DNA of 64,000 bases from Eledone cirrhosa (Eukaryota). Where the stretch lies: positions 343,170,001 through 343,234,000 of the forward strand of contig OZ024742.1 in NCBI GenBank assembly GCA_964016885.1, in the 5' to 3' direction. Position numbers and translations under genes: made by a program. The notes under the pieces were generated by a model that saw nothing but the letters and a program-made list of their open reading frames with translations, had not been told where the DNA came from and searched no databases. This document shows positions 28,445-39,580 of this stretch, one piece after another; within the stretch, counting starts at the first letter, position 1; each line of letters starts with the position of its first letter.

Positions 28445-30241
28445 GCATATATATCGTCCAGTCAGTCTTACTAGCTGCATTGCCAAACTGATGGAATCCT
28501 GTGTCAGAGAAACGCTTTGGAACTTCTGGAACTCTCACAGTCTTATCCGACCCTCGCAATTTGGATTTATCCTTAACTCCAGCTGCTGTGATCAACTTAT
28601 CGAGTTTCTTGAAGACATCATCCGGATCACTGATGGCGGCTTATAGGTGGATGTTGTTTACCTTGACTTTGCTAAAGCTTTTAATTCTGTGCCACACAAA
28701 AGACTTGTAGCGGTTGTCTCCCTTGTTGTGACTCACAACCCCAATAGATTAACATCTAGACGGGAAGTAGAACCCTTTCTGTAACTTCCGGTCAGAGCCC
28801 TATAAAACGAATAGCCTTCGGCTCTCTCCCTCTCATTTGCCCTTCCGGCGCCTGGCCTTAGCCAGGCGTCTTCTGCCAGCCTGCGTTTGCCTGGCAATCA
28901 AAACGGTAACTACTAACTTTGCATCATTCTTTCATCTATTTCTTTGACATGTCAACTATACTGTTAAATTGTTGATTAAATATTATACACACAAACCATG
29001 TCTCGTTTTGTTACATTCATACAACCCAGTATCCTCGCTATAGACTTATGGCAAAACTCTCTGCAATGGGTGTGAAGGACGATCTTTTTAACTGGTTGAA
29101 GTCCTTCATTCTCAGTCGAAGAGAGGTAGTCACGGTTCTAGGACAACATTCCTCACCATATGAGATGTCATCTAGTGTACCACAGGGATCTCTTCTTGGC
29201 CTCCTTTTGTTTGTGGAATATATTAATGACATAGATGCCAACTTAAAGAATGCCACAGTACTGAAATATGCAGATGACATCAAGCTGTACCTTGAGATAA
29301 AAAGGATAGATCCTGAACATTATAGATCTTGCTTGAAATCTGACCTGGACACAATGCAACAATGGATCACAGACTGGCAACTCAAGCTATCTGTGGACAA
29401 ATGCACCACCATGCATTTTGGGAGTAAAAACCCAGCGTCCACATACTCCCTCCACAACACTAATATTAAGAAGTCTTCTTGTGAACGTGACCTGGGCATT
29501 ACGGTCAGCAGTGATTTGCGTTGGACGAAGCACGTCTCTAAAATTGTCAAGAAGGCCGAGGGTGTATTAGCATCACTCAGTAAGACCTTTGTCAGCCGCT
29601 CTCCAGCTATCTATTTAAAGCTATATATATAGCTATGGTGCGGCCACACTTAGAATTTGCATCACCAGTCTGGAACCCCTATCTTGCTCAGAACTTTGAC
29701 CGCCTGGAAACTGTTCAGAGACGTGCAACCAAGCGAATACCCTCCATCAGGCATCTACCATACTCTGAACGCCTTGCTTCCCTGGGCATGGATACATTAA
29801 AGCTCCGACTTCTGGCAACTGACTTGGTAACCACCCACAAAATTATTAACTATCTTGCCAACAACAACCCTGAGTACCTTTTTGATTTCCACGTGTCTAA
29901 CACACGTGGGTATGCCCACAAATTCAGAAAACAGCACAGTTCCCATGACTTTCGGAAACATTTTTTCACGCTCAGAGTTGTTGAAGCATGGAACAAACTA
30001 CCTGCATCAGTTTTAGCTGTCGAGACACTGCATCTTTAAAACCTCCATGCTTCCTGAGATTCGCCAACACTACACCTATTATTCCCCCTCCATACACATG
30101 CACACATGTATATCATGACTCATACACTATTCACTTCCCTGACATTTGTTTATTATTCTATGTACTATACATGCACCTTTGACGAGTTGTAGTGCACCTG
30201 AGCACTTTACACAATAATTTCATTATTATTATTATTATTAT
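28445..30241 (+). mobile_element. 5'-truncated CR1-like LINE (RT) with (ATT)n tail, interrupted by a solo LTR
   Basis: YRPVSLTS..QFGF..VDVVYLDFAKAF.SVPH.RL / VPQGSLLG..YADD..ERDLG..VRPHLE..VWNP..QRRATK. In-frame stops are present. The same 3' end recurs at 35225-35375 (-) and 43365-43680 (-). Confidence 0.9.
28706..29042 (+). mobile_element. Solo LTR related to 24873-25198
   Basis: TGTAGCG...CGCTATA termini and 4-bp TSD gact. Splits the CR1 ORF between HKRL and MAKL. Confidence 0.9.
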
Positions 30242-31486
30242 ATGTATATGTGTGTATGAAACAATAAACAAACACAACCATCAATTCACAATGAATAGCA
30301 AAGTTGACCGCAGCGAGATTTTAACTCTGAATGTAAGGAGCAGGAAAAAATATCACAAAACATTTAACAGACGCTCTAACGATTCTGCTAGTTCCAAACC
30401 CTGTAATAAATAGTCAAATTCCTTTTTCTAGCATTGGCGCAAGGCCAGCAATTTAGGGGAGGAGGGAGGGAGTATATTATAACGACCCAGTACTAGACTG
30501 GTACTTTATTTTATCGATCCCAGAAGACTGAAAAGCAATATGACTTATAAATAGTAATAATAATAACAATCATAATAAACAATAATAATATATTTGGAGG
30601 AAAATACGAAACTGAAGGTTGTAAATAATGTATTTTTGACGTAAAAGCGAAAATAATAAACAAAAACAAGAGAAGCTAGCTATTTTCGTTTCGTATAATT
30701 TCAGCAATGCCTGTCTGTTGGACTGGTAAGTACTTCTTCTTTACTTCATTGCAATACACATATGACTTGCATGCATTGTATACACACACACATACATATA
30801 TATATGTTTATATATATTTGGTTCTGAATATATATATTCAGAACCATATTACTCATTTCTTTCTTTTTTTTTTTCACTTAATTTTATCAATGTTTTTCTT
30901 TCGCCTAAACTTGTGCTGTTGGTCACTGTTCGAATGTCTATCACTGTTGCTCTAGTTTATAAGATCTAAACAAACAACACTAAGATGAAATAAAAACAAC
31001 AACAGCAACAATTGAGTGAATGAATGATTCTGTTGTTACAATGAGTTGTTATGGAGCAGGCCTATAAAACAAAAATATTCCATCCGTGTCTTCCACACAT
31101 TGCTAGTAGTGTATCAAGGAGTACACCATCTACTGTATCTTCTGTTTCGAGGACTGCGTTATTCTTTGTCTCTGTGTCCTTGTCTGTTATTGTATTTTTA
31201 AAAGACAGAAGAGTGGAATTAAAAGAGATTTGACTGCTATGTCTAGCCCGTTTTGACGACCTTGTATATGCTCCATTCTTAGCATTATCTATTGTGTTTG
31301 TTTTTGTTTTACTACTAATAAATTTGATTTCCTTTTTGCCTGTTTTTCTTAATTTCAGATGTTTTTTTCTTCTCTTTCGTTTACTATATAAACCCATACA
31401 AGCATGTACTCCCTTTGTGTGTGTTTAATTTTGTGGTACTTTATTATAGCGAACCCGGAAAGTTGAGGGTTAAATTTGGGCTCGGC

Positions 31487-31620
<134 letters not shown>

Positions 31621-31697
31621 CACTCTACTATACCAACTATCGAGTACTCTGGGTAATGGTCTAACTAGTTTAAAACGTGTTCTATCCTGAGATATAT

Positions 31698-31741
<44 letters not shown>

Positions 31742-31749
<8 letters not shown>

Positions 31750-32229
31750 ATACTTTGGGAGGGTCATGTTGCCAATAAGAAACACATGCACCAGTAGCTT
31801 TCACTTCAATTTATTATAATAAATTTATAAATTTAGGAATTTATAAATTTTCGGTTGGTTGGTTGGTTCCACAACCAGATGATTGTTTATATATTGTCAA
31901 AGTTCTTTCGTCACACATTCTGTGACCTCTTCAGTGACTAGGGATTCTTTTCTTTGTTTTTGTGCCTCTCCTTTGTTCTGTCCTACGCCATCTTGTCTGG
32001 CGTAGGACAGAACAAAGGAGAGGCACAAAAACCAAGAAAAGAATCCCTAGTCACTGAAGAGGTCACAGAATGTGTGACGAAAGAACTTTGACAATATATA
32101 AACAATCATCTGGTTGTGGAACCAACCAACCAACCGAAAATTTATAAATTTATTATAATAAATTGAAGTGAAGCAACTGGTGCCTGTGTTTCTTATTGGC
32201 AACATGACCCTCCAAAAGTATAACAATAT
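31742..32229. mobile_element. Fold-back element with hammerheads at 31896-31938 (-) and 32050-32092 (+)
   Basis: About 240-bp arms with a 7-nt loop at 31991-31997. Motif is gtca-CTGAAGA-g-gtcaca/tgtgac-GAAA-gaac-TT^tgac. Confidence 0.8.
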
Positions 32230-32544
32230 CAGTTTCAACACACGTTTGCAGATAAAGAATCTTGCTAAACAAATTCAGAAACGAAATATATATATATATA
32301 TATATATAATATGTACGTATGTATAATGCCGAGATCAAATTTAACCCTCAACTTTCCAGGTTCGCTAAAATAAAGTACCAGTAAGGTACACACACACATG
32401 TCTGTATGGGTTAATATAAACGAAAGGTAAATATATATGAATACGCCTTTACCACAAGTAGAATCACCATGAGTCACCATCACATTAGTAAATGTTTCTT
32501 ATTTATATACCTTTAAATCCACAACCTAACATAAACACACATAC

Positions 32545-32590
<46 letters not shown>

Positions 32591-32592
<2 letters not shown>

Positions 32593-32692
32593 GATATTAA
32601 TAAATGGAAACTATATTTATAAAACCATATTTATTTCATTATAATGAAATAAATATGGTTTTATAAATATAGTTTCCATTTATTAATATCGT
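32591..32692. repeat. Perfect palindrome of the family A 3' tail
   Basis: Axis at 32641/32642, no spacer. Confidence 0.9.
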
Positions 32693-32779
32693 ATATCTAC
32701 TCCAAATATTTGTCGAGTGCTTTATATCAGTTATAAAAATATTTACTTGTTGTATCCCAACAATTTTAAATAGAGCTTT

Positions 32780-32811
<32 letters not shown>

Positions 32812-32822
32812 CGTATGTGTGT

Positions 32823-32866
<44 letters not shown>

Positions 32867-33346
32867 AACGATGCACACACACATATGTATGTGTGTGTAT
32901 ATATTTAACGATGCACACACGTATTCATATATGTATATTTAACGAGGCACACATACATATATGATGGTGATGATATATATAATGTTTATATATTCATTAT
33001 CATATTTATCATCGAATACCCTCTAGTATGTATTAAATATAAATACATATATAATCTCTGTTTATAAACAACGTACATTAGCCTGGCTTATATGCACCTG
33101 CCTGTTTGTGTGTATATATGTATATAAACAAGAGAGACGGTTTTAAGTATACATCCTTTGTTTATTATACAATAAACAAATGATGTATACTTAAAACCGT
33201 CTCTCTTGATAATATTGTCACTCCGTCTTATACCTTATTGATAATACACAAAAGGACCCACTTCGTGGAGTACTTTACGTCTGTTTACACTATAGTCGGT
33301 TGATCAATTGATCAACCAACGTTTCTTTACTTGAATAATATATATT

Positions 33347-33409
<63 letters not shown>

Positions 33410-33612
33410 CATGGCAAACTAGCATATCCCTTCCTAGGTACTCGGAAGCTTATGTTGTTCGTCAGGCTGACGAACGAAACAACAATAACATTAGCTTATT
33501 TCGGGGGAAACTCCAACTACCTAGGAAGGTATACGTCAGTTTGCAATTCATTTGATATAATATAGTATTTTTACCTATGTTTACATATTGAGGGTCCTTT
33601 CTTCAAGCAACG

Positions 33613-33643
<31 letters not shown>

Positions 33644-33677
33644 TTAATTAATTGATTAATTTTTTTTTTTTTTTTTT

Positions 33678-33833
33678 AGTTTCAGAAGATCCCGTTAAGG
33701 GTGAAAGCAGCGATTCTTTGCTTAAACTTTAATCTGTTATTTTAATAAATATTTGCTCTAGGGTTCTTATATATTTGATATATATTTATCCTTATCGAGT
33801 CCTTTTGGATTTTAGTCTTCACATTTATTATTA
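33678..33833 (+). mobile_element. Family C element with hammerhead-like motif 33678-33728 (CAGAAGA core); second copy at 52779-52829
   Basis: agttt-CAGAAGA-ccc gttaa ggg-GAAA-gca..tgc-TT^aaact. Confidence 0.65.
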
Positions 33834-33896
<63 letters not shown>

Positions 33897-34572
33897 CTGT
33901 GTGTGTGTGTGTGTATTCGTCTTTAGGAATGATATATCAGTGATTCCTAAACGTATTTAGTCGGGGAAGCCATATACGATTTTCGAAAACACTTAACACC
34001 ACCCTAATTTTCATAAGATATTATATTAGAGAGCGAGATAACTTGTTCATACAAAACAAAACAAAACCTAAATATTAAATTTTTATTAAAATTTCCTTAA
34101 AATGTACTTTATGTAATGGGACTTGCTCTTCCTCTGAGCCAATTTGACTAAGACTGCATTAGAAGAATATATGACAAACAAAAAAATCTATAGCATTGTT
34201 TATATTATTATAATTTTCATGAATGTTATAGCCATTGAATTAGTAGTGGGTTAATGTAATAATAATATCGGACTGCTTTTGTCTGTTAACTGCATTACGG
34301 CTGTATAATATTTATGACGTTTTAAGTTAGGTATCGATGCTCAAGGTTATGTTGTGATGGTCAAGCGTTTCCCCCTCGAAAGCACTGCTAAAGTTAATAT
34401 TAGGGATATCGGTAGATGTGGTTATAGGACTAATAAAATATTTCATTAACAAGGCATTTAAATGTTTACAGTACGTATACTATAATAGACTGCAGAATTA
34501 ATTTTTAAAATATTTTTTTTTATGTAAACAATGCGGATAGGGTGGTGGTGGGGGCACACACAGCTCTTTCAC

Positions 34573-34611
<39 letters not shown>

Positions 34612-34629
34612 ATATCTATCTATCTCTAT

Positions 34630-35060
34630 ATGGTGGACGAGATTGAGAGGACTGAGTACAGATGCCTTTCTCTCCGGACAACAATTGATTCCCTTCTTTA
34701 AGTATCACTTTAGAAGGAGAATCAGAGTGGAGAGAGAGGCACTGCACCCCAGTAAATTTACTGAAAGGTGGGTGAATGAAGCGAAAATGGCCCGAGTGAT
34801 TGGGCCTTCTCGGTTTATAAGCCTGTAGGTTGAAGAAGAGAGCAAAGGGAAGAAAGGTGCATTTGCACAACACGCTCCTCGAGTTGAGGGTTGTTCTATC
34901 GACGGGGTACTAAACAACCCATTTGTGGCGCCTCCCCCCTATTGAGGATTTCGATTGTTGTAATTGTTTGTTTTTATTTTTTTACACGACTGTATGTAAA
35001 ATCCCCGGCATGTCTTTGTATTGCCCCCTTTTCTTGTGCGCCCTTGTGGCAAATAAAGAA
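34630..35060 (+). mobile_element. Probable Tx1/L1-like 3' end within microsatellites
   Basis: WW.R..F..RI.VERE....F.ERW-type C-terminus, stop codon, 3'UTR, AATAAA, then (TATC)n/(TA)n. Confidence 0.5.
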
Positions 35061-35394
35061 ATATATCTATCTATCTATCTATCTATATATATATATATAT
35101 ATATATTCCCCCATTTCGAATATATATATATATATTCGAAATGGGGGACGCACAAGACAAAGACAACGGAAAAACGGAGTCCCCATTTCCTCAGTCAACC
35201 TCAGGAAATCACTTCAGACACACACATATATAATAATAATGAAATTATTGTGTAAAGTGCTCAGGTGCACTACAACTCGTCAAAGGTTGTCAGGGAAGTG
35301 AATAGTGTATGTGTCATGATATACATGTGTGCGTGTGTATGGAGGGGGAATATTAGGTGTAGTGTTGACGAATCTATACAACAGTATATGTGTA

Positions 35395-35445
35395 CGACAG
35401 TACATATTCTAAAATTGGAACGATACAAAGATTAGCATGGCCCCT
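35395..35445 (+). pseudogene. U6 snRNA pseudogene fragment
   Basis: cagtacatattctaaaattggaacgatac-aaagattagcatggcccct matches the U6 5' half. The ACAGAGA box is damaged and the 3' half is missing. Confidence 0.8.
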
Positions 35446-35681
35446 ACCCAACAAAACATAAATCCATATAATGTAACAATTATAAAAAATATTTATCCTG
35501 TCGGATTAAAGAAAAATTGTTTAAATATACCCCTGTGCTGTTTATACACACATATATAGAGAGAGAAGGAGCGACATGATTTTATATATATATATAACAA
35601 AGGAATTGTGGTAAGGAACCAGATGGACCATAACGCACCAGAGTACTCAATACTTAGAGTAGTAGAGTGGGAAATAGGAAC

Positions 35682-35792
35682 AAGTATGACCCCGACGGCA
35701 GAGCTCAAGCCGTTTCGACGGCTATTTCTGGACTCAAATAGTCCAGAAATAGCCGTCGAAACGGCTTGAGCTCTGCCGTCGGGGTCATACTT
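35682..35792. repeat. Palindrome carrying the 3' half of a hammerhead (GAAA-cggc..gccg-TC^ggggt)
   Basis: Perfect arms around a 7-nt loop. Canonical GUC site and stem III are present; CUGANGA is replaced by the inverted arm. Confidence 0.75.
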
Positions 35793-35795
35793 TTT

Positions 35796-35832
<37 letters not shown>

Positions 35833-36779
35833 CACAATTGTGTTGTTTATTACATAATGAAATAGCTCTGTACTATACATGAAGCACTCTTCTTTCCTTT
35901 ACTTTTTCCACGGAAATACTTTATATATAATGAGTTGACGGACCCAGCATATTTATTAATGCCAGGGAGAAAGTGAGAGAGCTCATTAACGTTGCCGTCA
36001 CATCTATAAATACTCATTCATACACACATCAGCTAACGAAGGACTGGGGAAATCCCACCTTGATTACTGTCTTACTTGAAATATGAGCCATCTTTCTTTC
36101 AATCGACCACTCCCTGCTATAATAAAACAAAAAAAGACAATGTAGTCCTAGATAAACTACTCTCAGGTCTCGAAACCCCTCCCGCTTATTAATTTATTCC
36201 ACCCAACCCCGGCCGCTTACTGATTTATCGCCAGCGAAATTTTATTTATTCCTGCAACAATTAATTTTCTTTATACATCAAAAAACATTATGTGACAAAA
36301 CATAGTACATTACTAGAAATCACATATGATATAAAATAAATAGGGTGGGTTGGGGATCTCATTATCTTCTATATATTACTAAAACTCTGTGATTGCTTGC
36401 TTGTCTGTAATGTAATACAGCCGAAAGGGTGCATGATGGGAAAATACTTTGAAAGGAAATTGCCCCTGAAATGGGAATACAAATGGAATAAAACAATTTT
36501 CGCGTAAATCGGACCACGGGTTCCTGAGATATGGGGGTGTTTCCGGGTACTTTCATAAACAGAAAGATAGAGAGAAAGAGATAGTGGTTGTGACAGAGTA
36601 GATTGAAAGAAAGACATACAGAGAGGGAGAGGAGAAGCAGAACGGAAGAGAGGGAGCTGGAGATGGTGGTGTTGTATATATATATATATATATATGAGTG
36701 TATGTGTATATATATATGTATGTGTATATATATATATGTATGTGAGTGTGAATGACCAGTGTATATAGATCACAGACAC

Positions 36780-37289
36780 ATCATCATCATCATTTTACGT
36801 CCGCTTTTCCCTGCTTGCAAGGGTGGGACGGGTCTTATTCAGCACAGCATCTCTCCACTCGTCACGGTCCCTCGTCATCTCCACCGTGAGCTTCAATGAT
36901 CTGAGGTCTGTTCTCACCACCTCCGCCCATGTTTTTCGTGGTCTACCTCTACCACGTCTTCCTTCAACTGGCATTTCCTGGCACTTCTTCACCCATCGGT
37001 CATCCTCCATGCGCATCACATGTCCATACCACTTCAGTCTCCTCTCCCGTACACTACATTCTATCCCTCTCAGACACAGTTTCTCTCTCAACACATTTAT
37101 GCTGGGTCGTTCACGCACATTTACACTGCACATCCAACGGAGCATGCTTGCCTCATTTCTCTCCAGCCGTCGCATATCCTCTGCGGTTGCTGCCCATGTC
37201 TCACTACCATGCAGCATCGCGCTCCTCACACAGGCATCATACAACCGGCCTTTCGTACGCAGGGAGAAACCCTTCTTCGTCAACAGAGG
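36780..37289 (-). mobile_element. 5'-truncated RTE copy (same family as 11699-14950); smaller pieces 38120-38355 and 48295-48605
   Basis: [39 protein letters not shown], with (GAT)n tail. Confidence 0.88.
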
Positions 37290-38359
37290 ATATATATATA
37301 TATACATATATATATACACATATATATACACAAACATATATATATATATATATGTATGTATACAAGCACACCCATTTATATACATACACATACGTATATA
37401 TATATATATATATATGGGCCCTCCAGTTTCATTTCACATTATATACATGTCTATATTTTAATTATTTAAAAATTATTTCTAAGTGAACATGGTCTTCAAA
37501 AAATATTTTGAAGTGAACGTGACCCATGGGTCACGGGTAGTCTAGTATAAACTAAATGTCTAATTCTGATTTTTTAAGATCAATGGAGACAACTTAGAAC
37601 AATTACCCATTCCCCCCACACCCTGCTTATTCCACCCCACCCCTATTATTTGGGACCCGAGAGTATGCATGAAAAAATAAATATAAATAAAAAAACATGT
37701 AATGATGTGTTTTAATAAGTTCATCAAAAAGTATGGCCATCTCACAATCTTATTTTATTTCCACTATAAAATATTTAATCTGTTCATTATATATAACTTT
37801 ATGGGTGGTGGATTGGTAGTATCAGTAGAGAGTTGGACACCGTGCTTTTCAGCGTAGAGTTAGATCCCTTTACGGTCTGAGTTCAAATCCTGCCAAAGTT
37901 AACTTTGCCTTTCATCCTTACAGGGTCGATAAAATAAAGTACCAGTAATGCACTGGGGTAATTGCTGGCCTTGTGCCCAAAGTAGAAACAATTATATATA
38001 ACTTTAATGATTTCCTGATATTGCCTAAGGAGAAGGGACTGTCCGGTTTTCCGATGGGTTTTTTTCAGTTGTCTTTGTCCGGTACGCTCTCTGTTTTGGA
38101 TATATATATATATATATATCATCATCGTTTTTACTTCAGCTTCCCCACACTTGCATGGGTTGGATGGGTCCTTTTCAGCACCACATCACTCCACTTGCCA
38201 CGTTTCTTGGTCATCTCCTCTGTGAGTCTCAGTGATTTGAGGTCAGCTCTCACCACCTCTTCTCAGGTCTTTCTTGGTCTACCTCTACTGCAGCTTCCAT
38301 CCACTGGCATTTCCTGGTACTTCTTCACCCATTGATCATCATTCATATGCAGCATGTCT

Positions 38360-39580
38360 TCAATAATGACCACTGCATGATATGTTGACCACCACAATAA
38401 AACCATTGCATATGTTGACCACCACAGTAATAACCCCTACATGATATGTTGAGCAGCATAATGATAATGACCATTACATATGTTGACCACAATAAGACCA
38501 CTACATGATATGCTGACCACTACAGTAATAATGACCATCATCATCATCAATTAACGTCCATCTTCCATGCTAGCATGGGTTAGACGGGTCCTATTTTAAG
38601 GCAAGTTGTGTCGGGTGACCGTGTCTCGTTCAAATAGGGGTGTTTCTGGCTGGTTTTCTATGGCTGGATGCCCTTCCTAACGCCAACCATATTTACAGTG
38701 TGGACTGGATGCTTTTTGTCGTGTCTTTTACACATCCACTTTACAGACCACTACATATGTTGACCACCACTATATATGTTGACCACAACAATAATAATGA
38801 CCACTATATATGTTGACCACAACAATAATAATGACCACTATATATGTTGACCACAACAATAATAATGACCACTATATATGTTGACCACAACAATAATAAT
38901 GACCACTGCATATGTTGACCACAACAATAATAATGACCACTATATATGTTGACCACAACAATAATAATGACCTCTATATGATTTGTTGACCACTGCATAA
39001 TATGTTGACCACAACAATAATAATTGTTTCTACGTTAGGCACAAGGCCAGCAATTACCCAGTGCATTACTGGTACTTTATTTTATCGACCTCGTAAGGAT
39101 ACAACAATAATAATGACCACTATATATGTTGACCACAACAATAATAATGACCACTATATGATATGTTGACCACAACAATAGTAATGACCTATATGATTTG
39201 TTGACCACCACTAATAATGACCACTGCATAATATGTTGACCACTGCATAATATGTAGACCACCATCAATAATGACCACTGCATAATATGTTGACCACTAC
39301 ATATGCTAACCACCACAATAATGGTTTCTTATATAGACACAAAGCCAGTAATTTTGGGGGAAGGGAAAGTCGATTTGATCGACCCCAGTGCAGACTGGTA
39401 CTTTATTTTATCGACTCCATAAAGATGAAAGACAAAGTTAACCGCGGCGGGATTTGAACTGAGATCATAAAGGGCCGTAACTCTATGCTACAAAGCATGG
39501 CATTCGACCCTTTACTGATACTGCCAATTCCCCACAATAATGACTACTATATATGTTGACCACCACAATAATAATGACCA
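38360..39580. repeat. 34-bp minisatellite (tatatatgttgaccacaacaataataatgaccac) interrupted by SINEs
   Basis: Regular 34-bp period over 38771-38975 and degenerate copies in the flanks. Confidence 0.85.

Noticed and set aside
31062-31397. 111-aa Lys-rich ORF
   Set aside because: No ATG start, no homology recognised and biased composition; cannot be supported without RNA data.
38360-39580. CRISPR-like regular 34-bp repeats
   Set aside because: Head-to-tail units without unique spacers, no cas genes, eukaryotic context.
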